Part shown: piece after piece, positions 1-7,866 of the stretch
Layout: each line of letters starts with the position of its first letter
How positions within the stretch are numbered: the stretch's first letter is position 1
Origin: an uncultured Alphaproteobacteria bacterium
GTDB lineage: Bacteria > Pseudomonadota > Alphaproteobacteria > Micavibrionales > CSBR16-224
Assembly (NCBI GenBank): GCA_950054485.1
Contig: CATLPD010000001.1
Location: 544,798 to 608,797 of the forward strand
Direction of reading: 5' to 3'
DNA length: 64,000 bases
The notes under the pieces: model-generated
Databases searched by the model: none
What the model was told of the DNA's origin: nothing
Seen by the model: the letters and a program-made list of their open reading frames with translations, nothing else
Program-made: the position numbers and the translations under genes

Positions 1-32
1 GCGCTTTAAGTTATTGATATGTTTGGGAAAAG

Positions 33-77
33 TGGCGCGCCCGTAGGGATTCGAACCCCAAACCTCCTGATCCGTAG
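33..77 (-). repeat. 45-bp duplicate of the 3' end of tRNA-Arg (distal att-like direct repeat of an island)
   Basis: tggcgcgcccgtagggattcgaaccccaaacctcctgatccgtag at 33-77 is identical to 7534-7578. That stretch is the 3' part of the complete tRNA at 7534-7610. Identity stops at 78 and 7579. Confidence 0.9.
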
Positions 78-183
78 AAACCAAGCCTGAAACCTGATGG
101 GCGTAAAGAACAATAAAATCAATACGTCCAAATTTTATTGTTTGTACATTTGGTTATTCTGGTCACATAAAGTTTCATGATTT

Positions 184-202
184 TGTTACCTATGTGTTAC
201 CT
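184..202 (+). repeat. Two direct copies of TGTTACCT, 11 bp apart, near the left island end
   Basis: tgttacct at 184-191 and 195-202. The same core occurs at 4111-4120, 7466-7475 and 7478-7487. Confidence 0.6.
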
Positions 203-239
203 TTTATATATCGAATATAAAGTTGTTAAGGGGGCTAAT

Positions 240-1151
240 ATGGGCGCAATGAAAGACAGGATGATAGAAATCATGAATTCAGAATGGGAGCAAGACTATG
301 TTTCGTCTGCCAGACTAAAATGCCCAGAGTGTGGGGAAGAATTTCAAACAGATGTGCCTGTATGTGAGCCAAATCTGATGGCTGAAAAATCTTCTGACAT
401 GACCGTTGGTTGTGAAATCGAAATAGAATGCACTGAGTGCGGTAAAGTCTATGAAGGCTATGCTTATGCGGGGCCTTTCCATTGTGATATTTCTTTAAAT
501 AATTATCCAGATTTGGAAATTTATTCTGAAGCTCCGTATTACACTAACTATGATTTAGAAGAATATTTTCTGCCGGAGAGTCCATTAGATAGCTTCAAAA
601 ATACTATTAATGAGTTAAGAGATCTTTTAGGACAAAATAGCTACGAAGAAAGCACTAATTTGATTAACAGAATGATATTTTCTCAATCTGTAGCAGCTTT
701 TGAGGCTTATTTCTGTGATACTCTGATAAAAACGATCATTTCTGAACCAGAATTAATGCATAAAGCAATAACAGTAGATCAGCAATTATCTGGTGTATCT
801 TATAAGTTAAAGGACATATTAGAACATTCTGATTTGGTTGAGAATAGTATTAAAACCTCTCTTAAAAATAGGCTATATCACGATATTAAAAAAGTTTCGA
901 GGTGGTATTCTAATATATTGGATATAAAGATTTCTCCTAATAAAGAGGCTTTTTTAAGTATGGAGAAAGCAGTTTTAGACAGGCATGACTGTGTTCACAG
1001 AAATGGAAAAGATAAAAACGAAAACCCTCTCTCTCATATTACTAAAAGCCATGTCCTAGAAACCTTAAATTTAATAGAAAGCTTTGTAGATAATACAAAA
1101 AAGCAAATAGATGATTTGAACGTTAAGTTTTTAAAAGCAAAGCTAGGATAG
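240..1151 (+). CDS. Zn-ribbon protein with a C-terminal HEPN-like (Rx4H) helical domain; putative RNase-type defence effector
   Basis: ATG at 240 follows a GGGGG Shine-Dalgarno (SD); the track start at 177 is less likely. CPEC and CTEC cysteine pairs sit in the N-terminal part. The C-terminal helical region carries LDRHDCVHRNG, which fits the HEPN Rx4-6H motif. Confidence 0.55.
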   Translation: MGAMKDRMIEIMNSEWEQDYVSSARLKCPECGEEFQTDVPVCEPNLMAEKSSDMTVGCEIEIECTECGKVYEGYAYAGPFHCDISLNNYPDLEIYSEAPYYTNYDLEEYFLPESPLDSFKNTINELRDLLGQNSYEESTNLINRMIFSQSVAAFEAYFCDTLIKTIISEPELMHKAITVDQQLSGVSYKLKDILEHSDLVENSIKTSLKNRLYHDIKKVSRWYSNILDIKISPNKEAFLSMEKAVLDRHDCVHRNGKDKNENPLSHITKSHVLETLNLIESFVDNTKKQIDDLNVKFLKAKLG

Positions 1152-1173
1152 TTAGTTAACTTTAGGAGAAAGC

Positions 1174-1782
1174 ATGCATATTTTTACCAGATTTAATAAA
1201 AAGAATATTCAGGATAGGCAGATTGACACCCTAATAGGCCTTAGCAAAGGATTGACCGCAGACGGCAAGATCAATCAACAAGAAGCAGAGTGCTTACTTA
1301 ATTGGCTTGTTCAATGTCAGTCGTGCTCTGATAACCCAATGATCGAAAACCTCTTGGAGCGTGTAGATGAGATGTTATCCGATAACATTTTAGATCAAGA
1401 TGAAGCTTCTGAGCTTTTTCAATTGTTAAATGCTATTTCTGGAGAAAAATCAGAACTTGGAGAAGTGGCAAAGACTTCGTCACTACCAGTTGATAAACCA
1501 ATGCCTAATATTCAATTTGACGGAATGTCATTTCTATTCACGGGGACTTGTGCTTATGGTCCTCGTAAAAAATGCCAAGAGGTTGTTGATGGATTAGGAG
1601 GCGTAAATGCCAAAAGTGTTACTAAGGACTTGGATTACCTTGTTTTAGGAACGTATGTTACAGATAGTTGGATTCACGAAAGCTTTGGACGAAAAATTGA
1701 AAAAGCTATGAAATATCGTGACGAAGGTTTACCGATTATAATTATAACGGAAGAACATTGGGCAAATCATGCGGGACTATAA
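1174..1782 (+). CDS. BRCT-domain protein with a helical, TerB-like N-terminal region
   Basis: The C-terminus FDGMSFLFTGTCAYGPRKKCQEVVDGLGGVNAKSVTKDLDYLVLG resembles the BRCT domain of bacterial LigA. An SD (aggaga) precedes the ATG. Confidence 0.6.
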   Translation: MHIFTRFNKKNIQDRQIDTLIGLSKGLTADGKINQQEAECLLNWLVQCQSCSDNPMIENLLERVDEMLSDNILDQDEASELFQLLNAISGEKSELGEVAKTSSLPVDKPMPNIQFDGMSFLFTGTCAYGPRKKCQEVVDGLGGVNAKSVTKDLDYLVLGTYVTDSWIHESFGRKIEKAMKYRDEGLPIIIITEEHWANHAGL

Positions 1783-1796
1783 CGTAGAGGTTAAAA

Positions 1797-2648
1797 ATGT
1801 CATTAGCTGCTGTACAAGACAGAGTTTCAAATTTTTTAAATAGTAATGAACCGCAAATCATATCTTTATCGGGTAAATGGGGGGCGGGTAAAACATTCTT
1901 GTGGTTTAAAATGTATGAGGCCGCCAGAAAAAACAAAAAACTTAATTATCCAAACTATTCTTACATATCTTTGTTTGGAGTAAATGGCTTATCAGAATTG
2001 AAAATTCAAATTGGGGCCAATTTGAAAAAAAATACAAATTCAGATGAAGATTTGGAGAATATTCGCAATCAAAGTGAAAGTTTATTTTATAAAACTAAAG
2101 CTAAAGCGGAGAGTCTTTTAAGTGGTTTTAGTTTGAGTTATGGGGGTGTTAGTATAGAAGTTGCAAACCTTCTGAATGGTTTAAGTTACTATGGTCTAGG
2201 TGAAGCAGTTATATGTTTTGATGATATAGAAAGAAGAGGAAAAGAGTTAAATCTTGTAGACATTCTGGGAGTGGCAAGCCAACTCAAACAAGAAAAAAAA
2301 TGTAAAGTAATTTTGATTTTCAACACAGATGAATTTGATCAAAAAGACAAAGACATCTGGAATAGATATCATGAAAAAGTTATAGACTATGAAATTTCTC
2401 TTGAACTAACATCAACTGAAGCTACTAATATTGCGTTCGATAACACAGATAAAATCACAAATATTGTAAGAGAATGCTCGAACAAACTAGAGCTTCAGAA
2501 TATTAGGCTGTTGAAAAAAATTCTTAGATATTCGATGGAATTCGCAAGTTTTCTTGAAGAAAATGGGTGCGGGGGAGATGTGGTTGAATCTGGAATAAAA
2601 TCTCTTGTGTTGTTTATGGCTTGTAGATACGGACAGGGTACCGTTTAA
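1797..2648 (+). CDS. KAP-family-like P-loop NTPase (short form)
   Basis: Walker A is SGKWGAGKTF and Walker B-like is VICFDDIERRG. At 283 aa it is shorter than typical KAP NTPases. Confidence 0.55.
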   Translation: MSLAAVQDRVSNFLNSNEPQIISLSGKWGAGKTFLWFKMYEAARKNKKLNYPNYSYISLFGVNGLSELKIQIGANLKKNTNSDEDLENIRNQSESLFYKTKAKAESLLSGFSLSYGGVSIEVANLLNGLSYYGLGEAVICFDDIERRGKELNLVDILGVASQLKQEKKCKVILIFNTDEFDQKDKDIWNRYHEKVIDYEISLELTSTEATNIAFDNTDKITNIVRECSNKLELQNIRLLKKILRYSMEFASFLEENGCGGDVVESGIKSLVLFMACRYGQGTV

Positions 2649-2672
2649 TAAAGCTGTGTTTATATTGCGGGT

Positions 2673-3251
2673 ATGTCTGACATATTCAATAACACGGATT
2701 ATTTACGCCAAGGCTTTATTAGGCAGCGAAGAAACCTCATGGCGACAAGTTTTGTACTATTCTTCTTGTTATATGGAGATGTGGAAATCCCAAAGCTTAA
2801 TATTTTAGGTAATGAAGTTGAGTTCGGTGATGCAAACAAGCTAAAAAATATTTTGATTGCGCTTTGGCTATACTTTTACGTTCGTTACATTGTCTATTTT
2901 AATGATATTTCAGACTACGGAAGAAGCAATGATACTTTGAGAAGAAATAAAGAGCACGTAAAAAAGCTTATAATTAAAAAAGCTAAAAGCAAAAGAGCGG
3001 GGTTTAGAAGCCTTGATAACTACGATTATAACCAAGATACAAATCAATGGTCAGGTAAAGTGGTTTACAAAACTAGTTCTAATTTTCTATATGAGGATAT
3101 TATTGTGGAGGGAATGCAATTAAAATTTTGTTGGTTTAAGGCGCGCATAGGCACATTTATTAAAACGCGCTATTTCACGGAATACACGCTCCCTTTTATT
3201 ATCGGTCTTATTCCGCTTGTGATTTTAACTTACCAACATTTTTTCAATTAA
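2673..3251 (+). CDS. Integral membrane protein of unknown function (about 3 TM helices)
   Basis: Hydrophobic segments are SFVLFFLLYG, ILIALWLYFYVRYIVYF and LPFIIGLIPLVILTY. It lies directly downstream of the KAP-like NTPase. Confidence 0.5.
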   Translation: MSDIFNNTDYLRQGFIRQRRNLMATSFVLFFLLYGDVEIPKLNILGNEVEFGDANKLKNILIALWLYFYVRYIVYFNDISDYGRSNDTLRRNKEHVKKLIIKKAKSKRAGFRSLDNYDYNQDTNQWSGKVVYKTSSNFLYEDIIVEGMQLKFCWFKARIGTFIKTRYFTEYTLPFIIGLIPLVILTYQHFFN

Positions 3252-3662
3252 ATCCCATCGGTTTTTATATTGATTATAGTCATGAATGTTGTTCAGATTT
3301 ATTTTATCGGTTGGAGATCGGTGTTTTTTGATAATGCTGGCTGGAAACACATAGAAATCAGGCTCTTGAGTCGTTTCGTCAATTGTTTCTTTTCTTTTCC
3401 TTATGCCTCTATTCAATGATACATGAACAACAAAATCACAATCCAGGTTTTTTATTGAAAAATGGCCGGCACGATTGGTAGCCCAACGGCTTTTTACTTG
3501 TATGCGGGCGGATTTGTTTTGATCAGGGCACACAGCGACAAGATCGTAGCCTGGATAGTTAGTATAAGCTTTGTAGCATTCAATGCCTATCACAAGTAGT
3601 TGGCCAATAACCAAAAACTCAGCGCCTGCAGCATATAAATGTGTATGTAGCTTATCACTCAT
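3225..3662 (-). CDS. PD-(D/E)xK-like nuclease-fold protein (tentative)
   Basis: The pattern GAEF...GYDLVAV...ARIQVKSR fits a D...(E/Q)xK restriction-endonuclease-like core. It is divergent from the XRE gene. Confidence 0.4.
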   Translation of the reverse strand: MSDKLHTHLYAAGAEFLVIGQLLVIGIECYKAYTNYPGYDLVAVCPDQNKSARIQVKSRWATNRAGHFSIKNLDCDFVVHVSLNRGIRKRKETIDETTQEPDFYVFPASIIKKHRSPTDKINLNNIHDYNQYKNRWDLIEKMLVS

Positions 3663-3756
3663 GTGATTAGGATAGTGTATATAGTAATTTTAAATCAAAT
3701 TATAACGTAAAAATACATCAATATTAAATCCGTAAGATTGCATCAATAATATAGGT

Positions 3757-4086
3757 ATGAATACGGATATTAGCATTAAGTTAGGTCAACAGATAAAGAA
3801 GCTACGTGAGGGGCGCGGCCTTTCTCAAGCACGCTTATCTGAACTGGCTCTAAAATCAGTTGAAACTATATCAAATTTTGAACGTGGCAAAACTACACCC
3901 AGTGTTTTAACCCTAAGCAAATTGTCAGAAGTTTTAAATGTGGATATGAAAGATTTTTTTGATTTTGAAAATGTGGATAAAACCAGCGATATTGACAGTA
4001 CGAAATTAGGCCTCTTATCAAAAGGCGATAAAGAGGTTGTCTCAATTGTGGTGGATGCTTTGTGCAAAAGAGGCTCTAAAGCATAA
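3757..4086 (+). CDS. XRE-family helix-turn-helix transcriptional regulator
   Basis: LGQQIKKLREGRGLSQARLSELALKSVETISNFERGKTTPSVLTLSKLSEVL is a classical HTH_3/XRE signature. Confidence 0.85.
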   Translation: MNTDISIKLGQQIKKLREGRGLSQARLSELALKSVETISNFERGKTTPSVLTLSKLSEVLNVDMKDFFDFENVDKTSDIDSTKLGLLSKGDKEVVSIVVDALCKRGSKA

Positions 4087-4110
4087 AAGTTATCTCAGTT
4101 GTTTCCTTAT

Positions 4111-4120
4111 TGTTACCTCA
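4111..4120 (+). repeat. Single TGTTACCTCA copy, 25 bp downstream of the XRE gene
   Basis: Exact 10-mer match to the copies at 7466-7475 and 7478-7487. Confidence 0.5.
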
Positions 4121-4334
4121 CTTACAAACCGATTACCCCTCAATCCTAAAGAAGTGTTGATATTTAAGCGTTTTTACGTGCTTTTTTAACTTGCAACTTA
4201 ATGATTAAGTATCAGTTGGTGGATATATGACCCAATTTTTATTATAAAGATCGAAACAAGTAATAATCGAATTCTAGGCTGTGATAAGCTAAATTAGCAT
4301 CATCCAAGTTTGTACAATTATCTGCAGTCAAACA

Positions 4335-5288
4335 CTAAGCCTTCAAAGATTCAATTTTTTCTATGTCGGATATGAACGAAGAATTTCCACCCTGATCCTT
4401 AGCAGAGTACATTGCCTCATCAGCTGATTTAAGCAAAGTTTCAAAATCATTCCCGTGATCTGGGCAAACTGCAATTCCAATTGAGCATCCAATATTGGCT
4501 TTATGCCCATTCCTAAGGTCTATGGGCTTTGTAACAGCATTTATAATTTTTTTGGATAGCAGTAATAAATGCTCATTTTGCAGGGGAGCTTTACCGTCAC
4601 TATCAAGATATAATAGGAACTCGTCCCCGGCGAAGCGCGCCAATATATCACTATGCCTTAGAATTTTTTTGATACGTGATGCTGTTTGTTTAATAACAAA
4701 ATCACCTGAATCGTGTCCGTGCGTATCATTTACGGCTTTAAATTTATCAAGGTCTATAAAAAGCAGGGCTTCTCGCCTTTCCCACCTCAAAGCCTTATTG
4801 ATCATATTTTCCACTACGTCTTTGAAAAAACTTTTATTTGGCAGGCTAGTTAGAGGGTCATAGTGGGCTTTTTGGTAAAGGTTATTTTCGACTTTTTTCC
4901 TGTAAATTGATGATTGTATAATCTGAATGAGAAAAGCTTGGTTCAACGTGTTTTTTACAAGATATTCCTGAGCCCCACTAACTATTGATGCGAGGCCCAA
5001 GTCTGCACCATCATTCCCACTTAACACGATAATCGGAACATCTGGAAACAATTCTTGGTACCTTTTCAAAGTGTCTATGCCCATACTATCGGACAGATTC
5101 AAATCCATAAGAACAGCATCATAGGTTTTGTCTTCTGATTTTTGGATGCTGTCTTCTAAAGTAACGGAATGATCTATTTCGAATGCAAGGTTGAACGCAT
5201 TTTTAGGTTTCAAGGTTTCCCTGACTATACTTGCGTATAGAGGGTTGTCTTCAATATGAAGTATCTGGATTTTTTTAAATTTACTCAC
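4335..5288 (-). CDS. Response regulator (REC) fused to a GGDEF diguanylate cyclase domain (AGDEF variant, I-site present)
   Basis: REC features are ILHIEDN and VLMDLNLSD. The GGDEF domain has RFAGDEFLL, with RHSD (RxxD) five residues upstream. Confidence 0.85.
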   Translation of the reverse strand: MSKFKKIQILHIEDNPLYASIVRETLKPKNAFNLAFEIDHSVTLEDSIQKSEDKTYDAVLMDLNLSDSMGIDTLKRYQELFPDVPIIVLSGNDGADLGLASIVSGAQEYLVKNTLNQAFLIQIIQSSIYRKKVENNLYQKAHYDPLTSLPNKSFFKDVVENMINKALRWERREALLFIDLDKFKAVNDTHGHDSGDFVIKQTASRIKKILRHSDILARFAGDEFLLYLDSDGKAPLQNEHLLLLSKKIINAVTKPIDLRNGHKANIGCSIGIAVCPDHGNDFETLLKSADEAMYSAKDQGGNSSFISDIEKIESLKA

Positions 5289-5387
5289 TCTGACAATCTT
5301 GGATATTTGTTTTAATTTTGTATAATAGATGAAGTTGTAGCTTCATGTCGAAAGAATATTTTGTGTTGAATGTTTATTGAGGGTTGT

Positions 5388-5855
5388 ATGAAAGCTTATT
5401 TATTGATCTTTTGCATTATTATTTTTTCTTTTCCTGCTTTGGCCCAACAGGTCAGAATTTCAAATATGGATGCCTTTAATTTCGGTATGTGGACAGGCGG
5501 AACCTTGAGGGCGGATGATCCAACTTGTGTTTACAAATCTTCAGGTAACAATAGGTATGTGATAACAGTTACAGACAATTCTACAATAACACCGAATGCT
5601 TTTCATTTAGAGAATCCCACAAGAACGATTGAAATTCCGTTTGAAGTACGCTGGCGGAACAGGCCAACATCTGGCGGATCAGTTGTAAGTTATGGGGTGC
5701 CAACATCAAAAAGAAGGGCCAATCAAAATAGTGAGCTATGTACTGTGGGTGGATTATCCTCTAATTTGCGTGTCAGGATATTAAGAGCGGATTTGGAAGC
5801 GGCGCCGGGCGGTTATTACTCTTCTGAATTACAAATACTTGTTCAGCCTCAATAA
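5388..5855 (+). CDS. Secreted beta-rich protein, divergent paralog of 5896-6450 and 6677-7237 (SCPU/DUF4402-like fimbrial-type, tentative)
   Basis: Signal peptide is MKAYLLIFCIIIFSFPALAQQ. Shared motifs are NMDAFNFG, YVITVTDNS, NAFHLEN, CTVGGLSSNL and a C-terminal GGYYSSELQILVQP. Confidence 0.6.
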   Translation: MKAYLLIFCIIIFSFPALAQQVRISNMDAFNFGMWTGGTLRADDPTCVYKSSGNNRYVITVTDNSTITPNAFHLENPTRTIEIPFEVRWRNRPTSGGSVVSYGVPTSKRRANQNSELCTVGGLSSNLRVRILRADLEAAPGGYYSSELQILVQPQ

Positions 5856-5895
5856 GATAGACATACAATATTTACGCGCATCTTTTATATAAACC

Positions 5896-6450
5896 TCAAT
5901 CAGGCTCAACAAGTATTGTTAGCTCTGATGCAAAATATCCTCCAGAAACGGCCTGTAAATCAGCTTGACGTAAACTAACGCTTAAATTCGCTGATAGCCC
6001 TCCAACAGAACAAGTATTGGATTGATTATTTGCGCCAGATTGTTTTGTTAATGGAGCGCCATACGTCACAAGTTTTCGGCTGGATGTCCCTGTTTTGTCG
6101 TTCCAATATACATCCATATCGATTTCTTCTGTGTTAGGTATATTTTCAACTTGGAAAGCGTTCGTTGTTATATCGTTAGAATCATCTGTAATAGTTACAC
6201 GGTAGTCTCCAGAGCCACTATAATATAAACAGACATCATCATTGCCGTTTAAGTGTCCGCTTCCCGCATATGTTCCAAAAGCGATTTCGTCAAGGTCGCT
6301 GATTCTAAGATAATCTCCAATAACTAGCGTCACATCTGTTGTAGCTGTAGATGTTGCCCCAAGGTTGCCGTTTACCGTTGCCGCGCTTACTGTATAGGGA
6401 AGAAGAGCGGTGAATAAAAAAAACATAATAAAACTAGTCATTTTATACAT
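5896..6450 (-). CDS. Secreted beta-rich protein, close paralog of 6677-7237
   Basis: Signal peptide present. Shared motifs are YRVTITDDSN, NAFQVEN, EIDMDVYWND, CSVGGLSANL and SELTILVEPD. Confidence 0.7.
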   Translation of the reverse strand: MYKMTSFIMFFLFTALLPYTVSAATVNGNLGATSTATTDVTLVIGDYLRISDLDEIAFGTYAGSGHLNGNDDVCLYYSGSGDYRVTITDDSNDITTNAFQVENIPNTEEIDMDVYWNDKTGTSSRKLVTYGAPLTKQSGANNQSNTCSVGGLSANLSVSLRQADLQAVSGGYFASELTILVEPD

Positions 6451-6676
6451 AGTTTAGGCCACATAAAATAAAACAGACCATCACAAGTACTATTGTACTA
6501 TTTCTATATTTAAAAACCTTTAACTGCTGTTCGGTATTTTAATAAAATTGTCTATTTCTTAGCGTTTTTTACAAATCAACGAACTGTTAACATATTTGTG
6601 TCATAGTACAATAGTACCCTTTAAAAAGTATGGGTGGCTTTTTAGATGATTTTTTGATGCACAGGGAGACAAAATA

Positions 6677-7237
6677 ATGAGAAAACTCAATAAATTTCTT
6701 TCAATGGTGGCCTTAGGTGCTATGACAGTTGCGGCGGGCTCTGCAATGGCTGCAACAGCAGATGGTACATTAGGTGCAACATCAACTGGTACAGCAGATG
6801 TAACATTATCTATTAACGAGCAATTCCAGATCAGCGATATGAACGCTTTCGCCTTTGGCGCTTATGGTGGTACGGGTGATTTTGATTCTAACGATGACAT
6901 CTGTGTGTATCACAATGGCGATGGTTCATACCGTGTAACAATTACCGACGATTCAAACAACGTTACAGCTAACGCCTTTCAGGTTGAAGATGCAACAGAT
7001 ACTAACGAAATTGACATGTCGATCTTTTGGAATGACGTAACAGGTACAGTTGGTGAATCTGCCGTGACATACAATACTGCCTTAACGCCACAATCAGGCG
7101 CAAACACAAGTGCGGCAGATTGTTCTGTTGGTGGTCTAAGCGCAAACCTGCATGTTGTTCTAGCCGAGGCTGATTTGCAAGCCGCAACCGCTGGAAGTTA
7201 TGATTCAGAGCTAACGGTTTTGATTGAGCCAGATTGA
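6677..7237 (+). CDS. Secreted beta-rich protein, close paralog of 5896-6450
   Basis: An SD (gggaga) precedes the start. Signal peptide ends AGSAMA. Shared motifs are YRVTITDDSN, NAFQVED, EIDMSIFWND, CSVGGLSANL and SELTVLIEPD. Confidence 0.75.
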   Translation: MRKLNKFLSMVALGAMTVAAGSAMAATADGTLGATSTGTADVTLSINEQFQISDMNAFAFGAYGGTGDFDSNDDICVYHNGDGSYRVTITDDSNNVTANAFQVEDATDTNEIDMSIFWNDVTGTVGESAVTYNTALTPQSGANTSAADCSVGGLSANLHVVLAEADLQAATAGSYDSELTVLIEPD

Positions 7238-7269
7238 TATAGCTTTTTAGTGGAGTCACACATTCTATG

Positions 7270-7303
7270 CCCCGCTTCTTCGTGAGGAGTGGGGTATATT
7301 TTA
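7270..7303 (+). terminator. Rho-independent terminator after 6677-7237
   Basis: ccccgcttc / ggagtgggg forms a 9-bp stem with two G-U pairs and a 7-nt loop, followed by tatatttta. Confidence 0.55.
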
Positions 7304-7378
7304 ATTCAAATAAATAATATTTTTTGCTACTCTATTAGCGTTACAAGAGAATCCCATACTCCCGTAACTTAAAAACCC

Positions 7379-7441
7379 TTAAGCTCAGATTTTTGAAGCA
7401 GTTCCAATAATAAAAACAGGGGCTTCAAAATCTGGGCTTAA
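7379..7441. repeat. Long inverted repeat or bidirectional terminator-like hairpin about 95 bp from the tRNA
   Basis: ttaagctcagatttttgaagc (7379-7399) pairs with gcttcaaaatctgggcttaa (7422-7441), with one mismatch and one indel. T-runs flank it on both strands. Confidence 0.55.
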
Positions 7442-7465
7442 TTTTTACTTCCCGATAATAACGGG

Positions 7466-7487
7466 TGTTACCTCAGATGTTACCTCA
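7466..7487 (+). repeat. Two direct copies of TGTTACCTCA, 12 bp apart, about 50 bp from the tRNA end of the island
   Basis: tgttacctca at 7466-7475 and 7478-7487, in the same orientation as the copies at 184-202. Confidence 0.6.
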
Positions 7488-7533
7488 AGGCTAGTAGAAA
7501 ATGCACTGATATGGGCTAAGATATTGATTTTAA

Positions 7534-7610
7534 TGGCGCGCCCGTAGGGATTCGAACCCCAAACCTCCTGATCCGTAGTCAGGTGCTCTATCCAGTTGAG
7601 CTACGGGCGC
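7534..7610 (-). tRNA. tRNA-Arg (anticodon ACG), 77 nt with encoded CCA
   Basis: The reverse complement is GCGCCCGTAGCTCAACTGGATAGAGCACCTGACTACGGATCAGGAGGTTTGGGGTTCGAATCCCTACGGGCGCGCCA. It folds as a cloverleaf with anticodon loop CTACGGA. Confidence 0.92.
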
Positions 7611-7866
7611 GTACATATGTTTTGTCGCAAATGCGTCGTCGGCTTGACAGCCTCGGGATTTGCTCTGGCACATTACTGAAATCCGCCAAGGCTTGCAAGA
7701 TGATTCTTGCCTTTTTTGATAAACTTTAATTTTTTCAAGCTGTTCGTCCAGTTTGCGTCTTGTTCTTCTGACAACAAACGGGTAATATATGCCCAATTAT
7801 GAATTTTGCCATAGGGGTCCGTCTTGCCGATAATACCCGTCTGGCCAATTGAACAAGAGGTTTGCC

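Larger units (their letters stand above)
33..7610. mobile_element. tRNA-Arg-integrated genomic island (about 7.5 kb), apparently integrase-less and degenerate
   Basis: A complete tRNA at one end and a 45-bp copy of its 3' end at the other. The interior is visibly more AT-rich than the sequence after 7800. Cargo is accessory-type genes. No tyrosine or serine recombinase ORF lies inside. Confidence 0.7.

Noticed and set aside
2605-2808. 67-aa ORF bridging the KAP-like gene and the membrane-protein gene, possibly hinting at a frameshifted longer KAP NTPase
   Set aside because: It is out of frame with both neighbours, and its translation carries no KAP-like sequence. I cannot show a frameshift, so the two flanking ORFs were kept as separate genes.
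184-7487. Possibility that the short TGTTACCT repeats represent a CRISPR-like or other array
   Set aside because: Only five copies of an 8-10-mer are present. There is no regular repeat-spacer structure and no cas genes. They are reported as candidate protein-binding sites instead.
7530-7796. 88-aa minus-strand ORF
   Set aside because: It runs straight through the tRNA-Arg gene at 7534-7610 (its C-terminus is the translated tRNA). It has no SD.
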